Of a stretch of 64,000 nt of DNA, positions 28,054 to 36,802 are shown one piece after another. The stretch is from Candidatus Sericytochromatia bacterium (GTDB taxonomy: Bacteria; Cyanobacteriota; Sericytochromatia; S15B-MN24; VGJW01). Within the stretch, counting starts at the first letter, position 1, and each line of letters opens with the position of its first letter. Position numbers and translations under genes: made by a program. Location of the stretch: assembly GCA_035285865.1 (NCBI GenBank), contig JAYKHS010000028.1, positions 64,001-128,000 on the forward strand, given 5' to 3'. The notes below the pieces were generated by a model. It was not told where the DNA came from, did not search any database, and saw only the letters and a list, made by a program, of their open reading frames with translations.

Positions 28054-29036
28054 TCCAGGGCAACCGCTGCCACGGGTGGGCCGGGCAGGGTGTCGACCCA
28101 GCGTGCGGCGAGCAGGGTCGAACCGCTCCAAGTCAGGGCGAAGACCTGGTTCGGTCCTTCGTGGGCGACATGTAGGCCTCGGGCATCTGCCACGAGGCTG
28201 CGTGCCCCGTTCGCGCCGCTGGCATAGGATTGGCTTCGGCCATCGGTTTCGATGAGCACGATTCGGCCGGCGTCCGGAAAGCTGACGGCAGCCTTCCCGT
28301 CCGGTGCCACGGCGAGGTCCGCGGGTTGTCCCCCGCCCGTGACGGTGCCGATGCTGACGAGGGTGGCGCTGTCGCCACGAGCCGAGGCCAGTCGGACCAG
28401 TGCCGCCCGACCGGTGTCGAGCAGCACGATGCCCCCGTTGCTGTCCGGTACGGCCCGCACGGGGCGGATGCTCCCCGTCACGGGCACCGGTGCCGCTTGC
28501 AGGGCTCCGTCCCGAACGATTTCGAGCCGTCCGTCCTCCGCAACGATCCATGATTCGTCTTGTGCCTGACGGGGACAGGCAAGCACGACAGGGCGCGCAC
28601 CCGAGGGCGACAGGGCCACCCTCTGGATCCGTCCGCTGCGGAGATCGACCAAGGCCACGGCGCGCTCGTCGGGCAGCAGGACGTGGGCGGTAAGGCCGGA
28701 GGTGCCGATGGCGACGTCCGAGGGGCTGCCCCCGACCCCCACGGTGCGGGTCACCCGAAGCGTGCCGGCGTCCACGATGGCGACCGAACGAGCTTCGGGC
28801 TGGATGGCCACGACCTGGCGCATCACGGGGCTCCACGCCATGCGGGTGGCACCTGCCTCGAGCCAGACCTGGCCCAGCGTGCTGCGCAGGCCCTCTCGGT
28901 CCAGTTCGAAGATGCGGCGCTGCGCGGGGACCGAGACCCAGAGTCGTGCGGGCTGGGCCAGAAGATAGATAGGATTGCGGCATCCTGCCGTCAGCAGGAT
29001 GAGCACGGCCAGCACGGACAGCGTGACGTGGCGCAC
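28050..29036 (-). CDS. YncE/YVTN-type beta-propeller lipoprotein
   Basis: lipobox LTAGC; SVAIVDAGT..VTRTVGVGGSPSDVA, PADLAVAPDG repeats. Confidence 0.75.
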   Translation of the reverse strand: MRHVTLSVLAVLILLTAGCRNPIYLLAQPARLWVSVPAQRRIFELDREGLRSTLGQVWLEAGATRMAWSPVMRQVVAIQPEARSVAIVDAGTLRVTRTVGVGGSPSDVAIGTSGLTAHVLLPDERAVALVDLRSGRIQRVALSPSGARPVVLACPRQAQDESWIVAEDGRLEIVRDGALQAAPVPVTGSIRPVRAVPDSNGGIVLLDTGRAALVRLASARGDSATLVSIGTVTGGGQPADLAVAPDGKAAVSFPDAGRIVLIETDGRSQSYASGANGARSLVADARGLHVAHEGPNQVFALTWSGSTLLAARWVDTLPGPPVAAVALD

Positions 29037-29168
29037 GGCCCGAGTGGTCGGCGAGGGACGGGAGACGAGATGGGACAAGGCTTTTCCTGCTTGACGGCCA
29101 GTGGGGTTATTTGTTAAATCCATGTTTAGGGTCCATCGAGACCCTTTCACATACAGTCGAGGTAACCC

Positions 29169-29543
29169 ATGATTCGCTCCATCTCCGTGGCCATCGCCAC
29201 GTTGTCGTTCGTTCTTGCCGGTTGCGGCAGCACCATGCCGGCCCAGGCCCCGGTTTCCAACAACACCAAGGTCACGGCCAACACGATGTTCCAGCCCCAG
29301 ATCGGCACCGGTGAGATCCTGGTCAAGTTCGCTCCCCGGGTGTCCGTGGCTGCCGTCCAGCAGTTCCAGGTCACCCATCGTCTGCGCAGCCGTCGCGTCA
29401 TCGAGGGCATCGGCGTCCACGTCTTCGAGATCGTGGATGGTTCCGGCATGATGGCCAAGCTCGACGAGATTCGTCGTTCTTCGCTGGTCTCCTACGCCGA
29501 GCCCAACCAGCAGGTCCGGGTTCAGCCGATCCTCGGCCAATAA
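29169..29543 (+). CDS. lipoprotein consisting of a stand-alone subtilase propeptide (I9-like) domain
   Basis: lipobox VLAGC; GEILVKF...VSYAEPN propeptide signature; TAA before any catalytic domain; GAGG SD. Confidence 0.75.
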   Translation: MIRSISVAIATLSFVLAGCGSTMPAQAPVSNNTKVTANTMFQPQIGTGEILVKFAPRVSVAAVQQFQVTHRLRSRRVIEGIGVHVFEIVDGSGMMAKLDEIRRSSLVSYAEPNQQVRVQPILGQ

Positions 29544-29561
29544 CGCCGAAGCCGCCGTTTC

Positions 29562-29591
29562 GAGGGGTTCGACCGCAAGGCCGGACCCCTC
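29562..29591. terminator. GC hairpin between convergent genes (probable bidirectional terminator)
   Basis: GAGGGGTTCGACC-GCAA-GGCCGGACCCCTC then TCTTCT. Confidence 0.55.
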
Positions 29592-29604
29592 TCTTCTCGG
29601 GGCC

Positions 29605-29955
29605 TCAGGCGATGCGGTCGACGCCGGCGAGGTGCTGTCGGCGGGAGAGGTCCGCGACCATGCCCTGGACTCGGGCGTGGGTCAGGGCCGCGACGACGGG
29701 TCCTTCGCTGGCGGGCACGTGCTCGAGCGTGGCCAAGGCGATGCTGCGCAGGTGCTCCATCGTGTGGGGGTCGCGGCCCAGCCGCTGGAGGATGGCCTGA
29801 AAGATGCGCTCGGCGCGAACCTGAACTTTCTGGGGTGTTTCCAGGGGACCGGGGCCTTCCGCGACCTGCGCGGCGCGTGGAGCAACGGAGTTCCGCGGCT
29901 TGTCTGCCCACGGACGCACCCCGTCACCGGACATCGTCACGGAAGTCATGCGCAC
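29605..29955 (-). CDS. hypothetical protein
   Basis: 116-aa ORF downstream of the pilin gene; GGGAG SD; C-terminus LAGVDRIA. Confidence 0.55.
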   Translation of the reverse strand: MRMTSVTMSGDGVRPWADKPRNSVAPRAAQVAEGPGPLETPQKVQVRAERIFQAILQRLGRDPHTMEHLRSIALATLEHVPASEGPVVAALTHARVQGMVADLSRRQHLAGVDRIA

Positions 29956-30045
29956 GACCTGTCACTCCCTGATTCAGGGACCCGGGCCATCCTGGCTCGG
30001 ATCGCAACGGTCGATCCGGGGTCCCGGGAAAATTATCGGCCGGGC

Positions 30046-30552
30046 TCAGAAGTTCTTGAGCGTCAGCACCCTTACCGGATGGTTGCCGCGCTTGCCCGTG
30101 CCACCGATAAGGTACTGGCCTTCAGTCGAGGTGTTGCTGTAGGCAATGGCGCCGTAACTTGCGGTCGACACCGGGTCGAGCCGATTGCCCAGTTCGTTCG
30201 CGTAGACGTGGTCATTGGGGGTGTCGTCGCAAGCCAAGGACGTGTTGACCGCCTGCTGCGTTCCCCAAGGGGTGGGCGGGTAGGTGTCGTTCGGCAGGTA
30301 GTCTTCGCTGCCCCCGATGAAAGCGTGTCCGTCGACCGAGGTCCGGAGCGTGGCCGGGTAGTGGTTGTTGATGTCCGAGCCCCAGACCTCAATGGCCTGT
30401 TGCACGATCCGGAGGTTGTTCTGGACATTCGCGTTCCGCGACTTGTCCTGGGCCCCTGCGTAGTTGGGGATGGCTACTGCTGCAAGGATTCCGATGATGA
30501 CCACGACGACCAGCAGTTCGATCATCGTGAAGCCCCGAGGGGGGGCGTGCAT
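30046..30552 (-). CDS. type IV pilin / type II secretion pseudopilin
   Basis: prepilin motif RG|FTMIELLVVVVIIGILAAVAIP (G-1, F1, E5). Confidence 0.92.
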   Translation of the reverse strand: MHAPPRGFTMIELLVVVVIIGILAAVAIPNYAGAQDKSRNANVQNNLRIVQQAIEVWGSDINNHYPATLRTSVDGHAFIGGSEDYLPNDTYPPTPWGTQQAVNTSLACDDTPNDHVYANELGNRLDPVSTASYGAIAYSNTSTEGQYLIGGTGKRGNHPVRVLTLKNF

Positions 30553-30618
30553 GAATCTGCGAGACACGGGGTTGTTGTTCCCCGTGCCTCGCGACACTAA
30601 CCTGCAACCCCGGGCAGA

Positions 30619-31737
30619 TCAGGAGCCGGCAGCCACTCCGCCGTAGGGAACTTCCACGATCTGGGCCTTGGGGCCTTCCACGCCTTTGAAGCCATCGTCG
30701 GCCACTACCGGGGCGGGCGGCGCTGGTGCCGGTCCCGGTTCCGGCGCGGGGACGGGAGAGGGTACGGGAGCGGGTGCCGGAGCCGGCTTCTTCTCCTCTT
30801 CCTCTTCTTTCTTCGTCGTCACGATGACTGGAGCGGGGAAGACGGGAGCGGGAGCCGGCGACTGCGGGGCCGGCTGGTTGACGACGGGACCGGGTTCGGC
30901 CTGCGTGGGCTTCTTGCGGACTGTATTCCAGAGATCCCCGAAGGCCTTGGCCAGTTCGGCGAGCGCGGTAAGGCCGTTTGCCACGTCCTGAATACCGGTT
31001 CCCTTCCCACCATTGCCTTGAGCCTTTCCATTGCCCTGCGCCTGGCCAGAGCCCTGGGTCTCGCCGCTGTTCTGCGCGGGAGCCGAACCGCCGGATGCCG
31101 GTGCCGGGCTCGACGGGGCCGCCGGCTGGTTCTGTTGCTGGGCTGGCGGCTTGCCGCCGGCCACGACCTTGGGCATGAAGATCTCGACCTTGGCCGAACG
31201 ATCCGTCTGATCGTTGTTGTCAAGCGGCTTGCCGGGGTTGCTGGGCGTACCGGCCCCCTTGCTCTTGATGGCGCTCGCAGGAACATCGATGCCCTGCTTG
31301 GCGAGGAATGCCTTCACGTGCGCCGCCGTCTCGGTGGCGCGACGGGCAGACAGACCCTGGTTGTCGTAGCTGCTCTTGGTCCCTGCGTTGGAGGCGTAGC
31401 CCGTGACGTCGATGCGGAATCCGGGGTCGGCCAGCAGGGTCTTCTGTTGTTCGGGCGACATCATCTTGAAGTCCGCCGAGAACTGGTTGAGCATCTTGTC
31501 CAGATCCTGCGTGCCGCCCCGCGGATCGGACTTGCCGGTCTGGAAGAGAGCTTGGCCGCTGTAGGCCGGACGACTACCCGACACCGCGCTGGAAGAGATC
31601 GACGAGACGTCGCCTACGGCCTGGCTCCGGGGCGCGTTTGCAGGCGCACCCTGCGACGCCGGCGGGGCCGAGACCGTCGTGCGCCCCGTCTGGGACGACA
31701 GCGGCTGGGTGGACTTGCCCGTGACGTTGTTCAACAT
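30619..31737 (-). CDS. OmpA-C-like domain protein with Pro/Ala-rich tail and no Sec signal
   Basis: FQTGKSD...IDVTGYAS...NQGLSARRA...KGAG...DRSAKVEI; AAGGAG SD before ATG 31737. Confidence 0.8.
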   Translation of the reverse strand: MLNNVTGKSTQPLSSQTGRTTVSAPPASQGAPANAPRSQAVGDVSSISSSAVSGSRPAYSGQALFQTGKSDPRGGTQDLDKMLNQFSADFKMMSPEQQKTLLADPGFRIDVTGYASNAGTKSSYDNQGLSARRATETAAHVKAFLAKQGIDVPASAIKSKGAGTPSNPGKPLDNNDQTDRSAKVEIFMPKVVAGGKPPAQQQNQPAAPSSPAPASGGSAPAQNSGETQGSGQAQGNGKAQGNGGKGTGIQDVANGLTALAELAKAFGDLWNTVRKKPTQAEPGPVVNQPAPQSPAPAPVFPAPVIVTTKKEEEEEKKPAPAPAPVPSPVPAPEPGPAPAPPAPVVADDGFKGVEGPKAQIVEVPYGGVAAGS

Positions 31738-31810
31738 GGCCCGCGACTCCTTCCGTACCTGACGGTTTATGCCTGTCTCGCCGGAGAGGACTGCGGAAGT
31801 TACAGGGATT

Positions 31811-33127
31811 TCACGAAGATTTGACGCTCGGTCCGCGTGGCATGCCGGTGAGCAGGAGCCAGCCCAGCAGCAGCATGATGCCCTGGCTACCGAGCGCAAG
31901 CCTGAAGCGGTCTTCACCAAGTCCTTGTCCCAGCGTGACGGTCACGCCCCATACCAAGGGGCCGACGACGGCCGCAGCGCGGCCCACGAGGGCCCAGATG
32001 CCGAAGACCGTGCCGTGCGTCTCAGGTGGGGCCAACTGGCTCAGATAGGGGCGGACGATGGTGCCCGTCCCCCCCATGCACCAGCCGATGGCCGGACCCA
32101 CCACCCAGCGGAAGAGGTCGGCGTCCCGGATGCCCACGGCAAGGGCCAAGGCCACCGCCCATGAGCCGAGACAGAGGTGCAGCGCCCTGCCGGGCCCCCA
32201 TGCGTCGGTCATTCTGCCCCACGCGAAGGCCCCGCCAATGGCGACGATCGTGCTTGTCGCCAACAACAGTTCCACATCGCTTCCCGCCTTGAGGCCGATG
32301 GCCCGCGTGGCGTAAGTGGCCATGAACAAGATGACGGTGTTGACGGCATCCATGAAAAGCAGGTTCGCCAGCATGAAGCGCCCCAGGCCCGGATGTCGGG
32401 TTGGCGACAGGGTATCCCGAATCATGCGGAAGGTTTCCCGAAGGCCTTCCGGGGCAGGTTCACGGACGGGTGCCCGGTCAGGCAGGAGCAGGAATGCCGG
32501 TATGGCGAAGAGCAGGTAAAGCAAGGCCGATGGCACGAAGGCTGCCTCGGGACCACCGCTTCCCCATGGCATGCTCCAGGGGCCCAGTCTTCCGCTGACG
32601 AAGGAACCGACCACGGCAAGGCCCAGCAGCGTGCCCATGAACCCCACACCGATCCCGGCAGCCGACCATCGGCCGCGATCGGCAGGAGCCGCAAGGTCCG
32701 GAAGAAGCCCGTGGTAGACGGACTGGGACAGCTGGAACCCGATGATCGAGACGCCGAGGAGCGTTGCCGCGACCCAGGTTCCGGCCTGATGGCCCGCCCA
32801 GGGGACCAGAATCGTGACGCCGATGCACAGCAGGGCCCACCCTCGCAACAGCACCATGCGCCGGCCGGTGCGGTCCGACCAGGCGCCCTGCAGGGGGGCG
32901 ATGACAGCCACCACCACCATGGCCATCGTGACGGTCCAGGCCCAGAGGCTGTCCGAGGCGCCCAGCACGTCTTGCAGGAACAACTGCCCGTGGATGGACA
33001 GCACATCGATGCTCCAGATGATGTACGCGAAGTCGTACAACACCCAGGCCCTCAGGGCCTTCACGTCGCTTTCGGCAGGGCCGGACGTCACGGTGCCCGG
33101 GAGGCCGCTCAGCCCGGCTTCTTCCAC
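31811..33127 (-). CDS. MFS transporter (UMF1/Atg22-like)
   Basis: ~12 TM segments; AWVLYDFA, GAWSDRTGRR. Confidence 0.9.
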   Translation of the reverse strand: MEEAGLSGLPGTVTSGPAESDVKALRAWVLYDFAYIIWSIDVLSIHGQLFLQDVLGASDSLWAWTVTMAMVVVAVIAPLQGAWSDRTGRRMVLLRGWALLCIGVTILVPWAGHQAGTWVAATLLGVSIIGFQLSQSVYHGLLPDLAAPADRGRWSAAGIGVGFMGTLLGLAVVGSFVSGRLGPWSMPWGSGGPEAAFVPSALLYLLFAIPAFLLLPDRAPVREPAPEGLRETFRMIRDTLSPTRHPGLGRFMLANLLFMDAVNTVILFMATYATRAIGLKAGSDVELLLATSTIVAIGGAFAWGRMTDAWGPGRALHLCLGSWAVALALAVGIRDADLFRWVVGPAIGWCMGGTGTIVRPYLSQLAPPETHGTVFGIWALVGRAAAVVGPLVWGVTVTLGQGLGEDRFRLALGSQGIMLLLGWLLLTGMPRGPSVKSS

Positions 33128-33783
33128 GTGCCCCCCGATTCGATCCGACGGCGGACATTGCGTGCGATGTCACGAGTACCTTGCTGTTGCAGGCCCGAGA
33201 TGACCCAGCCCGGGATCAGGTTGCCTGTCGTGTCGACCCCCAAGGCATATTCCAAACAGGCGCCTTCGCCGAGAGGATGCATCTGCCAGCGTCCTTCGAG
33301 CCGGCGGAAAGGCGTCCGGACCTGGACCCAGCGAATGGTGCGCGTGGCAGGAACACCCCAGCGCCGAATCGTCAGGTCCGGCGCGAAGGGAACCTGGCTG
33401 ACCATCCGCAACACGGTGCCGTCCGGTTGCTCGCCAAGAACCCGCACCGAGTGCAAGCTGGGCATGAAGTCGGCCAACTTGGCCGGATCCGCAAGGATCT
33501 TGAAGCACTCATCCGGGGAAGCCTTGGCCCAGAAGCGGAGGACCGATCCCCTGAGGCCGTCGGCGTGTTCGAAGTTCCGGGTGAGGACCTGACCTGACTG
33601 CAACCGGGCGGCGTCCGCCTCACTGGGTACGGCGATCGTTTCGGGCAGCCCCGATTCGCCGCTCTCGGCCCAAGCGGGCTGTTGCAGCAGCACGGACAAC
33701 AGGAGCGCCGTGAGCAGCTGGCCCGGATTGGAGAAGAAGTTGCCCGCCTTAGAAGTTGTTGCCGAAAGGATTGCTGATACCAC
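33109..33783 (-). CDS. SRPBCC/START (polyketide cyclase-like) exported protein
   Basis: ASPDECFKILADP..LADFMP, LEGRW, LIPGWV; signal-like LLTALLLSVLL..AWA; start uncertain (GTG 33783 lies inside motB). Confidence 0.7.
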   Translation of the reverse strand: MVSAILSATTSKAGNFFSNPGQLLTALLLSVLLQQPAWAESGESGLPETIAVPSEADAARLQSGQVLTRNFEHADGLRGSVLRFWAKASPDECFKILADPAKLADFMPSLHSVRVLGEQPDGTVLRMVSQVPFAPDLTIRRWGVPATRTIRWVQVRTPFRRLEGRWQMHPLGEGACLEYALGVDTTGNLIPGWVISGLQQQGTRDIARNVRRRIESGGTWKKPG

Positions 33784-34585
33784 CGTTGTTGAAGGGATTC
33801 TGGAAGTTGCCCGGAGTCGGATAGCTGTATCCCGGGGCCACCAGCTGGTCGGAGGGTGTCGGGCTGGGCGTGAGTGCTGCCTTGGGGGCATCGGCGGACA
33901 CGACGAGGTCCACACGCCTGTTGAGGGCGCGGTGCTGGGCCGTATCGTTCGGGAAAAGCGGGCGGAACTCCGCATAGCTCGTGGCCGAGAGGCGCTTGGG
34001 CGCAATCTTGCCTTCGCGAACGAGAAACTCCACGACCTTGATGGAACGATCGCCTGCAAGTCGCCAATTGGTGCCCGCTGCCCCGCCCGGCGAGATATTG
34101 TCGGTGTGTCCCTCGACGCTGATGGCATTGGGCATCTTCTGCAGGGCCTGGGCCGCCTTGCGCAGGGCTTGCTTGAGCGCCGGCTTCAGGTCCGTGGAAT
34201 TTGCATCGAAGAAGGCCGTGTCGTACAGGCTGATGACGAGACCCCGATCCTGAAGGTCGACGCGAACCTGGGAGCGTCCGTCGAACTTCGCGATGGCCTG
34301 CTTGACCCGTGCCTGCGCCTCCTGGATCTGGTCCGTCTTCACGGTGGCCGGGGTGTTCGCGAAGATGTCCTGGCCTTCCTTCTTCTTGATGCTCGAGGCC
34401 TGCTTCATGGACTGGGTGATCTTGGCGAAGTTCTCCACCGAGATACGGCTCGACATCGCGTACATGACGACGAAGAAGACCATCAGGAGGGTGATGAAGT
34501 CCGCGTAGGTAATGAGCCACCGTTCGCGGTCGTTATGCTGCTCTTCTTCCCCTTCGCGCTGAAGGCGCCAGTCCTTGGCCCTCAT
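33749..34585 (-). CDS. motB: stator protein MotB
   Basis: WLITYADFITLLMVFFVVMY with conserved Asp; VEGHTD, NWRL, NRRV peptidoglycan-binding domain. Confidence 0.92.
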   Translation of the reverse strand: MRAKDWRLQREGEEEQHNDRERWLITYADFITLLMVFFVVMYAMSSRISVENFAKITQSMKQASSIKKKEGQDIFANTPATVKTDQIQEAQARVKQAIAKFDGRSQVRVDLQDRGLVISLYDTAFFDANSTDLKPALKQALRKAAQALQKMPNAISVEGHTDNISPGGAAGTNWRLAGDRSIKVVEFLVREGKIAPKRLSATSYAEFRPLFPNDTAQHRALNRRVDLVVSADAPKAALTPSPTPSDQLVAPGYSYPTPGNFQNPFNNGGISNPFGNNF

Positions 34586-34588
34586 GCG

Positions 34589-35437
34589 TCAGCCCTCGTC
34601 GTACTGGGGCACGGCCATCTCGGGTTCTGCACCGCCGAGGCCCGCCGTGGGGCCTGCGTTGCGTCGGGTCTTTGCCGAGGCCCGGATCGTCTTGCGGGTG
34701 GACGGGGGCAGGCTGACCTGAAGGCGTTCGTTGATCAGCCTCGGGTTCGCACCCGCTTGCATGGCGAGGATGATCTCGACCATGACCCAGCGGATGCGCA
34801 GTTCCTCCTCCGAGTTCTTGCGCAGCTTGTTGGCCAGCGGCAGAAAGAACAGGTTGGCGGCACCGACACCATAGAGGGTGGCCACCATGGCCGTCGCGAT
34901 TTCGGGGCCGAGTTGCTCCGGTTTGTCGAGGTTTCCGAGGACGGAGACCATGCTCAGGACCGTACCGAGGATGCCCAAGGTCGGACAGTAGGCCCCCAAG
35001 GACTCAAATACCGCAATGTTGGTACGGTGTCGGCCCCGTATCGCGAGCATCTCGGCCTCGAGCAGGTCCTGGATCTCCTGAGAGTCGAAGCCTTCCGTGA
35101 TGTACTGCATCCCGCGCTTCAGGAACGGATCCTCGATGTTGCCGATGTCCTTCATCGTGCCCTGGATGCCGGCCGTGCGCAGACGGGTGGAGAGCTTCAT
35201 GAGCTTGGCCACCACTTCGACCATCTCGATGCTGGCAGGTTTGAGCGCTTCCCAAGTCAGGCGCGGGATGGCCAGGACCCGATCGGCGGGAAAGGACATG
35301 AACGCCGCAGTTGCCGACCCGCCCAGCACGATGACGAAGGCATGCCACGACCACAGGGCGGCGGCGCTGCCGCCTTGCAGGGCCAGGGCGCTGAGCAGGA
35401 AGAAGATGAGGGCCACGAGGCCGAACATGTTCCGCAT
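34589..35437 (-). CDS. motA: stator protein MotA
   Basis: IVLGGS, DPFLKRG, PTLGILGTVL, ATLYGVGAANLFFLP, GANPR motifs. Confidence 0.92.
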   Translation of the reverse strand: MRNMFGLVALIFFLLSALALQGGSAAALWSWHAFVIVLGGSATAAFMSFPADRVLAIPRLTWEALKPASIEMVEVVAKLMKLSTRLRTAGIQGTMKDIGNIEDPFLKRGMQYITEGFDSQEIQDLLEAEMLAIRGRHRTNIAVFESLGAYCPTLGILGTVLSMVSVLGNLDKPEQLGPEIATAMVATLYGVGAANLFFLPLANKLRKNSEEELRIRWVMVEIILAMQAGANPRLINERLQVSLPPSTRKTIRASAKTRRNAGPTAGLGGAEPEMAVPQYDEG

Positions 35438-35487
35438 CGCCGTTTCCTCGGTCGGTCAGGGCACCCTAGGATACCCGACCGTTGCCT

Positions 35488-36555
35488 CTAGCGCACACCA
35501 GCCGTCCTGGGACGGGGCATCGCCCAGCTCGTCCGGTTGTCCCGGGGACCGGCCAGGGCCGGTTCGGGTGTCGTGCTGGAGCGAAGGTCGGCCGTGGGCT
35601 GCAGTTTCTTGACCAGGTCGAACTGGAAGCGAGCACGCAGCGGATCGCCGGCTGCCATCGCGGTCTGGCCAAGATAGTAGCGTGCCACGCTGTTGCTCGA
35701 GTCGAACCCGACCGCGCGCTCGAGGAATCGATTGGCTTCCGCCATGCGACCCGCATCGAAGGCCATGATGCCCAGCCAAGCGTTGGTGTCCGACGCCTCC
35801 GGGGCGAGGCGCCACGCCTGCCCGAAGGCCTCGAACGCCTTGGCGCCCTGTCCACGAAGGTAGGCCAACCGGCCCATGGCCAGCCACGCTTCGGTGCTGT
35901 CCGGTCGGTCGGAGACGACGGTGGTCAGATGGGGTTCGGCCTCGAGGTACTGGCCCGAATCCGTCAGCAGTTTGCCCAGCAGGGCCCGCGACTCCAGATC
36001 CCCCGGATGAGCCAACGCTTGCTGGCGCAGGATGGCAAGCGCACGGGGTTGTTGCCCTGCGGCCAGAAGGGTCCGGACGCTCTGCAGTCGGCCTTGCCGA
36101 TGACGCACCTGATCTCCGGGAGCGAGGACAAGGCGCGCGAGCCAGGTCGTTGCCTTGTCGATGCCCTCGGCCAGGCGATTGAGGAGGTCCGGTGCACTCA
36201 GACGGCCATCGGCCTGACGTTCTGCGGCATGCTGCCACGCCTCGAGGACCCGGACCCTCGGATGGTCGCCCAGACCGCGGCGACGCAAGCCTTCGAGCAA
36301 CTCCCGGGAGGCCTCGGCATCTTCCAGGCGTCGCGTGACCTGCGCGGAGCGTTGAAACGTGTCCTGCGGCAGCAGGGGAGCCGTGCGCGCCGCCGGAGAG
36401 TTTTCCCAACTCATGCGGGTGCGCGCGCCTCGAAGCGGCGTACGGGTATCGCGAGGCAGGCGGATGGCATCCTGCTGCGGTACGGTCGGAGTGGCAATGG
36501 ACGCCGGATTGGCCGCCAGGGCCAGCGCGCGGAAGTCTGCCTCGATGCGACGCAT
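35488..36555 (-). CDS. tetratricopeptide repeat protein
   Basis: C-terminal TPR-like repeats (AEPHL..PDSTEAW, AWRLAP, ARYYLG). Confidence 0.8.
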   Translation of the reverse strand: MRRIEADFRALALAANPASIATPTVPQQDAIRLPRDTRTPLRGARTRMSWENSPAARTAPLLPQDTFQRSAQVTRRLEDAEASRELLEGLRRRGLGDHPRVRVLEAWQHAAERQADGRLSAPDLLNRLAEGIDKATTWLARLVLAPGDQVRHRQGRLQSVRTLLAAGQQPRALAILRQQALAHPGDLESRALLGKLLTDSGQYLEAEPHLTTVVSDRPDSTEAWLAMGRLAYLRGQGAKAFEAFGQAWRLAPEASDTNAWLGIMAFDAGRMAEANRFLERAVGFDSSNSVARYYLGQTAMAAGDPLRARFQFDLVKKLQPTADLRSSTTPEPALAGPRDNRTSWAMPRPRTAGVR

Positions 36556-36802
36556 GCTCGGGATCTGTACCCGGGCCCGCGCGTTCGCGAAACCTTTTAG
36601 GGAATCTTGGTCGGGGGTGAAAAGGTTGTTGCAGGCGCCCGGGGAGGGGCGACGCGGGTATGGACCATGCAGAACGCCTCTCCCGACCCGGCGGTCCTAA
36701 GTGTTGCCCGAGGATTAAGCTTAGCGGCGCCCGGAGAGGACGCGGCGACAAGTCGGGTGTGAAGGCCAGGGCCCCGGGGGGGGAGCCCAGCGCAACGAGG
36801 AG

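Noticed and set aside
29091..29119. Sigma-70 promoter TTGACG-N17-TTAAAT
   Set aside because: The -10 lacks the TA at positions 1-2; too weak to call.
30690..30900. GC-rich short repeats as a possible CRISPR or tandem repeat
   Set aside because: They are codons of the Pro-Ala tail of the OmpA-like protein; no constant repeat-spacer structure.
33749..35437. Zorya ZorAB anti-phage motor
   Set aside because: MotA is 282 aa with no long cytoplasmic tail, and no ZorC/D/E-like genes are adjacent.
31781..36745. Shared CCGGAGAGGAC(T)GCGG word in two intergenic regions (31781 and 36731)
   Set aside because: Only two copies, non-palindromic; an 11-mer match is plausible by chance in GC-rich DNA.
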